In this document: positions 1 to 8,725 of the stretch, piece after piece
How positions within the stretch are numbered: position 1 is the stretch's first letter
How the letters are laid out: each line of letters begins with the position of its first letter
Source: an uncultured Gammaproteobacteria bacterium
Lineage (GTDB): Bacteria; Patescibacteriota; Patescibacteriia; UBA1558; S5-K13
Assembly (NCBI GenBank): GCA_964634645.1
Contig: CAZWKI010000004.1
Coordinates: 1 to 44,786, forward strand
Direction: 5' to 3'
Length of the DNA: 44,786 nt
Notes under the pieces: model-generated
The model's input: only the letters and a program-made list of their open reading frames with translations
Told to the model about the DNA's origin: nothing
The model's database searches: none
Made by a program: the position numbers and the translations under genes

Positions 1-79
1 ACCTGACTCTTCCCAGGTCTTATATATTTCATTTTCAAATTTTTTGGCTTCGTACGCTTTATCAAGCTCTATTTTCATA

Positions 80-541
80 TTAATATTCTATTATTCTTTC
101 ATTTTCATTATTCCCTAACTTAAAGTTTACATAAATTGTGCGTTTTGGTAAATAGTCACTTATTTTATCGGCCCATTCTATAATTATAAGATTTTTTTCA
201 TCATTTATATAGTCCATAATTCCAATATCAAGTAGCGCATCATAAGTTTCAAGTCGATAACAATCAATATGCACTAAGTTTTTAACTTTGGAATTATTTT
301 TCAGAGTTTTATAAATTTTCATTACTACAAAAGTAGGACTTGTGATGTTTTTAATTCCATAATAATTTCCAATTCCTTTTGTAATAGCAGTTTTTCCTGC
401 ACCTAAATCACCATTTAATCCAATTACATTAAAATCAAAACTTTCAGCAAGTTTTTCGCCAAGAGATAAGGTTTCTTCTAATGACTGTGTTTTAATTGAT
501 TTCATACAATAAAGCATAACAAAAATGGGAGTTTTGGGCAA
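80..541 (-). CDS. tsaE: tRNA t6A37 biosynthesis ATPase TsaE (YjeE family)
   Basis: Walker A GDLGAGKT followed by SPTF and a C-terminal IEW block typical of TsaE. About 150 aa. tsaD is 0.8 kb away. The true start may be an internal Met. Confidence 0.85.
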   Translation of the reverse strand: MPKTPIFVMLYCMKSIKTQSLEETLSLGEKLAESFDFNVIGLNGDLGAGKTAITKGIGNYYGIKNITSPTFVVMKIYKTLKNNSKVKNLVHIDCYRLETYDALLDIGIMDYINDEKNLIIIEWADKISDYLPKRTIYVNFKLGNNENERIIEY

Positions 542-608
542 TTCTCGAAATTTATGTTTAATACTTAATTGGTATTTTTACAATTTTTAAATAATGTTAT
601 AATAAAGG

Positions 609-760
609 TGCGAAACAGTAAAATAAGTTTGTAAAGATTTTTTTAGAAAACTCTATTGTTTTCCTATTTGCGACAATGCTCGGGCATTCCGACCAAAACG
701 CAAGTAGAATCTTCACGGACACCTTTTGCTGTTTCGCAGGTCGGGTGTTCGTTTTTGTTT
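609..760 (+). ncRNA. Candidate structured leader RNA/sRNA, copy 1, ending in an intrinsic terminator
   Basis: A TATAAT box lies at 598-603. Helices are tgcgaaacag(609-618)/ctgtttcgca(729-738) and ctatttgcg(664-672)/cgcaagtag(699-707). The terminator stem acggacacc(715-723)/ggtgttcgt(744-752) is followed by a T-run at 753-760. The same architecture, with compensatory changes, recurs at 37114-37273. Confidence 0.55.
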
Positions 761-799
761 CATCCGGACATTGACCATTTATAATTAATAAAAAAGAAA

Positions 800-1300
800 A
801 TGGACAATCAAGAAAAGACAAAAAAGAAATTTTATAAAAAATGGTGGTTCTGGGTAATTGTAGTAATTGTATTATTTGCTATTGGTAATTCTGGTGATAA
901 AAAAATTGAAAAGGTAGAAAATAATAATCAAAACCCTGTAAGCGATCAAAAAGCTAATAATCAGGTAGCACCACAAGAAGTTGAATATGTAATAGTTAGC
1001 GCCGTTGATTTAAGTAAAGCATATAATGATAATAAAGTTGCTGCCGATGCTAAATACGAGAATAAAGATATTAAAGTAAATGGAGTGATTAGTAGTATTG
1101 GAAAAGATATTACAGACACGCCCTATGTTTCATTGAAAGGACCAGAAAGTTCATTTTTTGGTATTCAGTGCATGTTCTCTAAAGACGACGAAAGTAAGTT
1201 GGTAGATCTTTCAAAAGGACAAAGCATTACTTTGACCGGTAAATTGTCGGGCGAAATGATTGGTAATGTAATACTAAGAGATTGTAGTATAGTTGAATAG
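800..1300 (+). CDS. Membrane-anchored OB-fold protein (tRNA_anti-like family)
   Basis: N-terminal TM segment (WWFWVIVVIVLFAIG). The C-terminal part, KAYNDNKVAADAKYENKDIKVNGVISSI...QSITLTGKL, matches my recollection of the tRNA_anti-like OB-fold family. Confidence 0.55.
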   Translation: MDNQEKTKKKFYKKWWFWVIVVIVLFAIGNSGDKKIEKVENNNQNPVSDQKANNQVAPQEVEYVIVSAVDLSKAYNDNKVAADAKYENKDIKVNGVISSIGKDITDTPYVSLKGPESSFFGIQCMFSKDDESKLVDLSKGQSITLTGKLSGEMIGNVILRDCSIVE

Positions 1301-1312
1301 TTTTTTAATAAA

Positions 1313-1345
1313 AGAGCGTTATGTTTTTCACTAACGCTTTTTTTA
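1313..1345. terminator. Bidirectional intrinsic terminator between convergent genes
   Basis: Stem agcgtta(1315-1321)/taacgct(1332-1338), flanked by an A-run upstream and a T-run at 1339-1344. Confidence 0.6.
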
Positions 1346-1361
1346 TTACCATGTCTATTTT

Positions 1362-2414
1362 TTATAAATTTAAATTTGGATCAGCAGTTATTTTGAAATT
1401 ATTTTTCTTTGCTTTATTTCTACCTGCCAGCCGTAGCCATAGCGAAGGCTGGTTAAAGTAACCAGTAATTGCAATCATTGCAGCATTATCCCCCGTGTGT
1501 TTTAGTTCTGGGAAATATGTTTTTATATTAAGTTTTTTAGCATCAAGTTTAATTCTATTTTTTATAGAACTATTTGCGCTTACTCCACCCCCAAAAATTA
1601 TTGTTTTTACATTATAATCTTTTGCAGAATTAATAATTTTTTTTGAAAGCACATTACAAACAGCAGATTCAAAAGCAAAACAATATTCTTTTATTAATTT
1701 CTGATTTTTTTCTCTTTGTTCATCTCTCCATTTATAAAGCACAGAAGTTTTGAGTCCTGAGAAAGAAAAATTATAATCTTTTGTATTTAACATTGGGCGA
1801 GGGAATTCAAATGTTGCTTTGCCACTAAATTCATTTGCGAGCTTGTTTATTATTGGACCACCAGGATAGCCAAGTCCAAGAATTTTTGCAACTTTGTCAA
1901 ATGCTTCACCAACCGCGTCATCAATTGTGGTTCCTAATAATTTATATTTTCCGTAATTTTTCATGAGGAATATTTGTGTATGCCCGCCTGAGATTACTAC
2001 CGCAAGAGCTGGAAAAATATTTTTTTTATCAAATAGTTCAGGGTAAGTGAGCCAGTTGCTATAAATATGAGCCTCTATATGATTTATAGGAATTAATGGT
2101 TTTTTGTAAATAAATGATAATGTTTTTCCAAGTTCTAATCCTATGACTAAAGACGTAATAAGTCCTGGACCATATGTGACTGCAATTAAATCAACATCAG
2201 AAGCAATATCAACATCTAATTCCTTTAACAATGGAAAAAAATTCTCAGCATGGTGTCTTGCTGCGATCTCAGGAACTATTCCACCATATTGTTTATGAAT
2301 TTCTACTTGTGAAGAGATAAGATTTTTTAGAATTTTTATTTCATTATTCTTATTTATCTCAATAAGTGATAATGCGCTTTCATCACAAGAGGACTCTATG
2401 CCTAAAATTCTCAT
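1362..2414 (-). CDS. tsaD: tRNA N6-adenosine threonylcarbamoyltransferase TsaD (Kae1/Gcp)
   Basis: MRILGIESSCDESA N-terminus, HIEAHI metal-binding block and GGVSAN motif. About 350 aa. Confidence 0.9.
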   Translation of the reverse strand: MRILGIESSCDESALSLIEINKNNEIKILKNLISSQVEIHKQYGGIVPEIAARHHAENFFPLLKELDVDIASDVDLIAVTYGPGLITSLVIGLELGKTLSFIYKKPLIPINHIEAHIYSNWLTYPELFDKKNIFPALAVVISGGHTQIFLMKNYGKYKLLGTTIDDAVGEAFDKVAKILGLGYPGGPIINKLANEFSGKATFEFPRPMLNTKDYNFSFSGLKTSVLYKWRDEQREKNQKLIKEYCFAFESAVCNVLSKKIINSAKDYNVKTIIFGGGVSANSSIKNRIKLDAKKLNIKTYFPELKHTGDNAAMIAITGYFNQPSLWLRLAGRNKAKKNNFKITADPNLNL

Positions 2415-2530
2415 TATTTTTTATTTATTATTTATAATTTTCAATTTATTTATTATTTATTTATTTTGTTATTTAAATAATTAAATAGTAAATTGAAAAT
2501 CAATTGAAATTTGAAAATTGAAAATAGTAA

Positions 2531-3967
2531 TTATTCCGAAAACACCTCTGCTTGGTATGTTAAAAATTTAGTTTCTTTATCTTTGTAACAATCCCACTCT
2601 AGTCCCGCTTTTTGACAAAGTGAGCCAAAAAAATCATCTTCATTTTTTATTCCTTCCCAGACTTGTGGTAAATAAGTTGCTCCGTATCTACCACTTTTTA
2701 AAACAACGCCGTCAATATTTTTTTTAATATTTTTAAATTCGCAACTTTGTGGAATTGTTAATATGGATATTTCTATTTTTATATTTTTTAATTCGTTTTG
2801 AGATAGAGGAGAAAATCTTGTGTCTTCAAATGAAGCTGATAATGCATTTAATTGTATGGCTTTATATAATTTTTCAATTGGTTCTATGTAACCAATACAG
2901 CCACGAAGTTTATTGTCTTTATTTAGTGTTACAAAAACACCTCTTTTTTCTTTTAAATTTTCTGGAATTTCAGATTCTTCAATTGGCAATAATTTACCAT
3001 CGTTTAAAAGTGCATATTCAATTGTATTCCTTGCAAGATTTAGTAAAAAGTCTTTATCCGCTTTCGCTAAAGCTTCAGCGGATAAATTTTCTTTGAAAAT
3101 TACAGACATATATCCAACAACAGAGGAATTGTCATGAGTTATATCTCCACTATCACCATATTTTATTAATTCACCCTTCCAATTATTTAGCCTTGCAATT
3201 TCAAACAGTAATTTTATTCCGATTTCTCCACAAGCCTCACATTCGCTATTAAATTCTAATGTATTTATTGAGTCAATACATTTTTGATCAAGTTCACTTG
3301 CTTTTTCTTTTTCGTAATAATGAGATAAATCAGAGCTTATTACAATTAGAGTTTTATCATCAATTATTTCATTAAGATTTTTTGCAGCACTTTTTATTTT
3401 TTCATCATTTATAGCTCCAGCAATAATAGGAACAAACTGCCACTTATTTTTTAAAATGTTTTGTAAAAATGGAATTTGTACCTCTACAGAGTGCTCTTCA
3501 GTCATTGCATCATCATTGTATTTGAATTCATCAAACGATTCTAGTTTATTTATAAAATCAATATCAAGCTCAACTTGACCAAGGGGTGTTTGCCATGCGT
3601 CAGCATGCGATAGACCAAAATTATTTAAATATTCTTGATGAGATGGACCAATTACAACAACGCGTGCTATGTTATTATAGTTTTCAATTTGTCGGAATGC
3701 ATTTGCAGCTATTTGGCCACTATAAACATAACCCGCGTGGGGAACTATTAGGGCTTTGATATCAGAAATATTTTTATTTTCTGAATTTTCAAAAAAATCA
3801 CTAAGTGTCCACAATAGTTTTTCGCGTTCTTCTGGATAAAAAGCCCCAGCAACGGCTGGAAGTCGAATAATTTTTTCTTGACTCATATTTTTTATATAAA
3901 AAATTGTTCCAAGTGAGAAGCTTATTAGAATAATTGTAACAACAATTATTATAATTTTATTTCTCAT
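2531..3967 (-). CDS. Fusion of Memo-like (AmmeMemoRadiSam system protein B) and AMMECR1 domains with an N-terminal TM anchor
   Basis: The N-terminal half carries AGAFYP...VPHAGYVYSG (Memo/MEMO1 family). The C-terminal half carries RGVFVTL...LRGCIGY (AMMECR1). The N-terminus IIIIVVTIILISFSLGTIFYI is a hydrophobic anchor. Confidence 0.8.
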   Translation of the reverse strand: MRNKIIIIVVTIILISFSLGTIFYIKNMSQEKIIRLPAVAGAFYPEEREKLLWTLSDFFENSENKNISDIKALIVPHAGYVYSGQIAANAFRQIENYNNIARVVVIGPSHQEYLNNFGLSHADAWQTPLGQVELDIDFINKLESFDEFKYNDDAMTEEHSVEVQIPFLQNILKNKWQFVPIIAGAINDEKIKSAAKNLNEIIDDKTLIVISSDLSHYYEKEKASELDQKCIDSINTLEFNSECEACGEIGIKLLFEIARLNNWKGELIKYGDSGDITHDNSSVVGYMSVIFKENLSAEALAKADKDFLLNLARNTIEYALLNDGKLLPIEESEIPENLKEKRGVFVTLNKDNKLRGCIGYIEPIEKLYKAIQLNALSASFEDTRFSPLSQNELKNIKIEISILTIPQSCEFKNIKKNIDGVVLKSGRYGATYLPQVWEGIKNEDDFFGSLCQKAGLEWDCYKDKETKFLTYQAEVFSE

Positions 3968-5246
3968 CGACTATTAATTTTTCTTTCAAATAATCAACAG
4001 CCTTTTTGCTATTTATTTGATTTTCTATATGCTCTCTATACTCATTTGTCTCTATTTGTTTTTTTATCTCTGGATTGTCTTTATATGTTTCAAGCATGTG
4101 CTTTATTTCATGGTCTATCTCGTCTTTACTGGTTTTTATATTTTGAAGTTTTATCACTTCTCTTATAATAAGAGAAGATTGTAATCTTTTTTCAGCTTGA
4201 GGCTCAAATTCTTTTTCTAAGGTTTCGAGATTTTTTCCGCTGTGTTTTAAGTAATCTTCAAATTGCATTCCCTGATAAGCAATATTTTGACGAAATTCTT
4301 CTGATATTTTTTTGACCTCTTCTTTTATAACATCTTCTGACCAAGCATCTATTTCTGATTTTTCTATTATCTCCTCAATCATTTCCATTTCCTGTTTTTG
4401 GTCTAATTCTCTTTGTTTTTCATGTTCATAGTTTTCTCTTAATTTCTCTTCCAAGTCTTTTAGATTATCAAGTTTGAAAAATGTTTTTGCCCACTCATCA
4501 TTTGTCTCTGGTAATGTTCTTTCATAAATAGAATTTAATTTTACTTCAAATTCTGCTTCTTTTCCTGCTAAATTTTTGTGGTAATCTTTTGGAAATTTAA
4601 GATTGAATTTTATTTCGTCGTTTTTTTTGTGTCCTATTATTTGATCTTCAAAACCAGGAATCATTTGGCCTTTTCCAAGAACAAGAGGATAGTTTTTTTC
4701 ATTTCCACCTTCAATTACAACTCCATCAACACTAGCTTTAAAATCTATTTCAACTTTATCATCATTTTTTGCTTCTCTTTCAACAAGAACTTCCTTTGCT
4801 TGATGTTCTCGGAGCGTTTCAATTGCTTTTTTTATTTCTTCATCATCAACGGTTGCTTTTCCTTTTTTTATGCTTATTTTATCCAAGTCAGCGAGTTTTA
4901 TTTTTGGTAGTAAACTTATTACAATCTTTAAAACAAGAGGATTACCAACCGCCATTTTTTCTACATCTATTTTTGGAAAACCAATTGGTTCTAAATTTTC
5001 TTTTTTTACTAATTCAAAATAAAAGTGTTTTAAAATATCGTCAAGAGCTGATTCAAAAATAGCCATCTCACCAAAATTTTGTTTTATAATATCATAAGGC
5101 GCTTTCCCTGCTCGAAAACCAGGAATGTGTTTGTTTTTTGATATATTACTAGCTTCTTTTATCAAAAATGGTTGATATTCAGCTTCTGTTATTTCAACTT
5201 TTAGTTCCAATTGATTTTTTTCTAATTCTTTTTTGTCAATTTTCAT
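3957..5246 (-). CDS. tig: Trigger factor
   Basis: IPGFRAGKAP ribosome-binding signature, a central FKBP-like block (GKGQMIPGFEDQIIGHK), and a length of 429 aa. Confidence 0.9.
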   Translation of the reverse strand: MKIDKKELEKNQLELKVEITEAEYQPFLIKEASNISKNKHIPGFRAGKAPYDIIKQNFGEMAIFESALDDILKHFYFELVKKENLEPIGFPKIDVEKMAVGNPLVLKIVISLLPKIKLADLDKISIKKGKATVDDEEIKKAIETLREHQAKEVLVEREAKNDDKVEIDFKASVDGVVIEGGNEKNYPLVLGKGQMIPGFEDQIIGHKKNDEIKFNLKFPKDYHKNLAGKEAEFEVKLNSIYERTLPETNDEWAKTFFKLDNLKDLEEKLRENYEHEKQRELDQKQEMEMIEEIIEKSEIDAWSEDVIKEEVKKISEEFRQNIAYQGMQFEDYLKHSGKNLETLEKEFEPQAEKRLQSSLIIREVIKLQNIKTSKDEIDHEIKHMLETYKDNPEIKKQIETNEYREHIENQINSKKAVDYLKEKLIVDEK

Positions 5247-5490
5247 AAGATTAGTTATAAGGTTTATAAAGTTGTAAAGCTATAAAGTATTGAGTTTTGT
5301 TTATCTTTATAACTTTAAAACTCAACACTTTATAACTTATTTAATTTAGCAGATAATTCGTCTTATTTCAATGGACGGAGGATATTCAAATATTGGCATT
5401 ATTTTATTTCGATATTGTAATTTTTCTTCTAAGTTTTAGTGGAGCCTGTGCATAACTTCTAAAATATTGATTTTTAGGCATCTTTTCCAA

Positions 5491-5539
5491 ACACTACTAA
5501 TTGTGATATAATGTAATAAGTGAACACAATATGTAGTGT
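5491..5539 (+). promoter_or_regulatory. Two NrdR-box-like palindromes overlapping an extended -10 promoter upstream of nrdD
   Basis: Box 2, acacaatatgtagtgt (5524-5539), fits the NrdR consensus acaCwAtATaTwGtgt at 15 of 16 positions. Box 1, acactactaattgtga (5491-5506), is weaker. The starts are 33 bp apart. TGaTATAAT lies at 5503-5511. Confidence 0.55.
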
Positions 5540-5608
5540 TTTTTAAAACTCTCAGATTTTAAAAAAATATAAAATAATTTATTCCACTAAGCGGAAAAAT
5601 ATCTTTTT

Positions 5609-7687
5609 ATGACAAAAACAAAAGAAAAAAAGAAAAAAATTATATCACTTATAAAACAAGTAAAGAAAAGATCGGGTAAGATAGTTGCTTTTAATAGAAA
5701 CAATGTTTATAAGGCAATTTTTAAAGCAGCAAAATCAGTTGGTGGACGTGATAGCAAAAGAGCAAACGAGATTACAGATGCAATTGTAGAAGAATTAAAC
5801 AAAAGATTCGGTAGTGATATTGTTCCAGACGTAGAACAAATTCAAGATATCGTAGAAAAAGTGCTTATTGAAAGAGGGCATGCAAAAACAGCAAAATCAT
5901 ATATCTTATATAGAGATTTGCACAATAGAATAAGAGACATCAAATCAATCATTGACGCAGAGGAACTAATTTCAAATTATATTGGAGAACTTGATTGGGA
6001 GGTAAGAGAAAATGCAAATATGGCTTTTTCACTTCAAGGATTAAATAGCTATATTGCTTCGACTGTTCAAAAAAATTATTGGCTTAACAAAATTTATTCA
6101 AAACCAGCTCGTGATGCAGAAAAATCAGGAGAACTTCATATTCATGATTTGGATTTACTTGCCGTTTATTGTTGTGGTTGGGATTTGAAGGACTTGCTTA
6201 TGGTCGGTTTTCAGGGCGTGGCTGGAAAAATTGCTTGCAAGCCGGCAAAACACCTAAGAACAGCACTGGGACAAGCTGTAAATTTTTTTTATACACTTCA
6301 GGGAGAAGCAAATGGTGCACAAGCATTTGCTGATTTTGATACATACTTAGCACCATTTATTAGATATGACAAGCTTGATTACAAACAAGTAAAACAATGT
6401 ATTCAGGAATTTATGTTTAACATGAGCGTTCCTACAAGGGTTGGCTTTCAGAATCCCTTTACAAATATTACACTCGACTTGAAAGTTCCAAAGACAATGA
6501 AAGATGAGCCAGTGATAATTGGTGGCGAACTTCAAAAAGAAACATATGGAGATTTTCAAAAAGAAATGGATGTTTTTAACGAAGCATTTGCAGAAGTTAT
6601 GATGGAGGGAGATGCAAATGGGCGTGTTTTTTCATTTCCAATTCCAACCTATAATGTTACAAAAGATTTTGATTGGGACAATCCAAAATACAAGAAGATT
6701 TGGGAAATGACTGCAAAATATGGAATTCCTTATTTTGCTAATTTTGTTAATTCAGATATGTCACCAGATGATGCAAGAAGTATGTGCTGTCGTTTGCGAT
6801 TAGACAACAGAGTGCTTAGAAGACGAGGCGGAGGACTTTTCGGTTCAAATCCGCTTACTGGAAGTATTGGGGTGGTCACAATAAATATGCCAAGAATTGG
6901 TTATCAATCAAAAACAAAAAGAGAATATTTTGAAAAATTAGGAGAATTAATGGATATTGCAAAAGATACGCTAGAGACAAAAAGAAAAATATTAGAGCAA
7001 CTCACAGAGCGTGGACTTTATCCGTATTCAAAGTTTTATCTTCGGGATGTTTACAAAAGATTTGGTGCTTATTGGAAAAATCATTTTAACACAATAGGGC
7101 TTCTTGGAATGAATGAGTCACTTCTTAATTTTATGAAAAAAGACATAGGAAGCGAAGAAGGAAAGAAGTTTGCCCTTGAAGTAATGAACTTCATGAGAGA
7201 AAAACTTCAGAAATATCAAGAAGAAACAGACGATATGTTTAATTTAGAAGCAACCCCAGGAGAAGGAACAAGCCATAGATTTGCACTGCTTGATAAAAAA
7301 CAATTTCCCGATATTGTAATTGCAAACGAAGAGGCACATAAAAATGGCGCGCCAGCATTTTATACAAATTCAACTCATTTACCAGTAAATTATACCGATG
7401 ACATATTTACAATTTTAGACAAACAAGACGAACTCCAAGCGCTTTATACAGGAGGAACCGTAATTCATTTATTTATTGGTGAGCGTATTGAAGATCCAGA
7501 GGTTTGTAAAAAATTAGTAAAAAAAGTTGCAAAAAACTACAAACTTCCATATTTTTCAATCACCCCAACATTTTCTATTTGTCCAAAACACGGATATATT
7601 TCAGGTGAGCATAATTTTTGTCCTTATTGTGATGAAGAAATTGGTTATAGTGCCGCTGAATCAAGCGACCATAAGACTTTTTACTAA
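5609..7687 (+). CDS. nrdD: Anaerobic (class III) ribonucleoside-triphosphate reductase, large body with ATP-cone but no glycyl-radical tail
   Basis: N-terminal ATP-cone (VKKRSGKIVAFNRNNVYKAI). Core NrdD blocks are present (MCCRLRLD, NLEATPGE, FSITPTFSICPKHGY...CPYC). The ORF stops before the RVxGY glycyl-radical motif. Confidence 0.9.
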   Translation: MTKTKEKKKKIISLIKQVKKRSGKIVAFNRNNVYKAIFKAAKSVGGRDSKRANEITDAIVEELNKRFGSDIVPDVEQIQDIVEKVLIERGHAKTAKSYILYRDLHNRIRDIKSIIDAEELISNYIGELDWEVRENANMAFSLQGLNSYIASTVQKNYWLNKIYSKPARDAEKSGELHIHDLDLLAVYCCGWDLKDLLMVGFQGVAGKIACKPAKHLRTALGQAVNFFYTLQGEANGAQAFADFDTYLAPFIRYDKLDYKQVKQCIQEFMFNMSVPTRVGFQNPFTNITLDLKVPKTMKDEPVIIGGELQKETYGDFQKEMDVFNEAFAEVMMEGDANGRVFSFPIPTYNVTKDFDWDNPKYKKIWEMTAKYGIPYFANFVNSDMSPDDARSMCCRLRLDNRVLRRRGGGLFGSNPLTGSIGVVTINMPRIGYQSKTKREYFEKLGELMDIAKDTLETKRKILEQLTERGLYPYSKFYLRDVYKRFGAYWKNHFNTIGLLGMNESLLNFMKKDIGSEEGKKFALEVMNFMREKLQKYQEETDDMFNLEATPGEGTSHRFALLDKKQFPDIVIANEEAHKNGAPAFYTNSTHLPVNYTDDIFTILDKQDELQALYTGGTVIHLFIGERIEDPEVCKKLVKKVAKNYKLPYFSITPTFSICPKHGYISGEHNFCPYCDEEIGYSAAESSDHKTFY

Positions 7688-7753
7688 TATTTTAAAAAGA
7701 GCTATAATATAATTAAGAATTAATTATTCCGCCCTGGGCGGAAAAACAATCAT

Positions 7754-7906
7754 ATGAGCGAAAACAAAAACAAAATTTTGAATGAGACCCCAAAAAGACA
7801 AAAATGTGAGGTCTACTCGAGAGTTGTAGGGTATTTAAGGCCAGTCTCTCAATGGAATGATGGCAAACAAGCAGAATTCACAGAGAGAAAATGTGCCAAG
7901 GTGTAA
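7754..7906 (+). CDS. Stand-alone NrdD C-terminal glycyl-radical peptide (50 aa)
   Basis: My own translation is MSENKNKILNETPKRQKCEVYSRVVGYLRPVSQWNDGKQAEFTERKCAKV. It contains the class III RNR glycyl-radical signature RVVGY and the WNxGKxxEF block. It is in the same frame as nrdD but separated from it by two in-frame TAA codons (7685-7687 and 7721-7723). Confidence 0.7.
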   Translation: MSENKNKILNETPKRQKCEVYSRVVGYLRPVSQWNDGKQAEFTERKCAKV

Positions 7907-7960
7907 TCACTTTATCTAATCCCCCTACCTTGTAAGCAAGGTGGGGGGATTATCATTAAC

Positions 7961-8683
7961 ATGGAAGACTTAAACAACAATTTTAAGATTTCTGGATGGC
8001 AAAAGACATCTCTTATCGATTATCCAAAGAAAATTTCAACTATTATTTTTACACAGGGTTGTAATTTTAGGTGTCGCTATTGCCATAATCCAGAGCTTAT
8101 TCCACTCAATCAGGAAATAATTTTTAATATTAGCGAAGAGGAGGTATTTGATTTTTTAAAAAAAAGAAAAAAGAAAATAGAAGCGGTCTGCATTACCGGT
8201 GGAGAGCCACTTTTACAATCCGGGCTAAGGGTTTTTTTAGAAAAAGTAAAAAAAATGAAATTCAAAGTAAAGCTTGATACAAATGGAAGCAATTTTGAAT
8301 TATTGAAAAACCTGATAGAAGAAAAATTGATTGATTATATTGCAATGGATTACAAAGCAAACGAGGACATTTTTCAAAATATTACAGGGATGAAAAAAGC
8401 TATGTTTAAAGAAATGTCTCGTACAAAAGATTATCTTATTAATTCTAATTTAAAGTATGAATTTCGCATTACAATACTTCCAAAGCTTTTTACAGATAAT
8501 GATATTTTGAAATTAGCCCAAGAATTAAAAGGTGCAAAACAAGTCTATTTGCAAAATTTTCAAGATAAAGGAAAATTATTAGACGAGTCATTGTACGGTG
8601 AATTTGGTTTTTCAGTGTCTAAGCTAAAAGAATTTAAAACCATAATGGAAAAATATGTGAAAAAATGTGGAATCCGGAATTAA
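7961..8683 (+). CDS. nrdG: Anaerobic ribonucleotide reductase activating radical-SAM protein
   Basis: The block SLIDYPKKISTIIFTQGCNFRCRYCHN contains the CxxxCxxC radical-SAM cluster in NrdG-type context. The gene is adjacent to nrdD. Confidence 0.85.
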   Translation: MEDLNNNFKISGWQKTSLIDYPKKISTIIFTQGCNFRCRYCHNPELIPLNQEIIFNISEEEVFDFLKKRKKKIEAVCITGGEPLLQSGLRVFLEKVKKMKFKVKLDTNGSNFELLKNLIEEKLIDYIAMDYKANEDIFQNITGMKKAMFKEMSRTKDYLINSNLKYEFRITILPKLFTDNDILKLAQELKGAKQVYLQNFQDKGKLLDESLYGEFGFSVSKLKEFKTIMEKYVKKCGIRN

Positions 8684-8725
8684 TAACCAATAAACAATAA
8701 CCAATAACCAAGATATGTAATTTTT

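Noticed and set aside
597-821. 74-aa ORF on the - strand over the conserved leader element. The analogous 60-aa ORF at 37165-37347 is on the + strand.
   Set aside because: The two homologous DNA segments would be read on opposite strands. The substitutions between the copies preserve base pairs rather than codons. They are better explained as RNA structure.
2749-5062. Antisense ORFs inside the Memo-AMMECR1 and tig genes (2749-3096, 2913-3137, 4578-4910, 4769-5062).
   Set aside because: These are low-complexity, Phe/Leu-rich shadow frames of well-supported genes on the opposite strand.
7688-7753. Possibility that the nrdD interruption is an intron or intein.
   Set aside because: The gap between the ORFs is only 66 nt (about 150 nt including non-homologous ORF ends). 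That is far too short for a group I or group II intron. An intein would be in frame without stops, but two in-frame TAA codons are present.
8684-8712. Tandem word repeats (aataaccaata...), and similar AT-rich repeats elsewhere, as a possible CRISPR array.
   Set aside because: The units are about 10-12 nt, degenerate and contiguous, with no spacers. No 25-40-nt repeat/spacer periodicity exists anywhere in the window.
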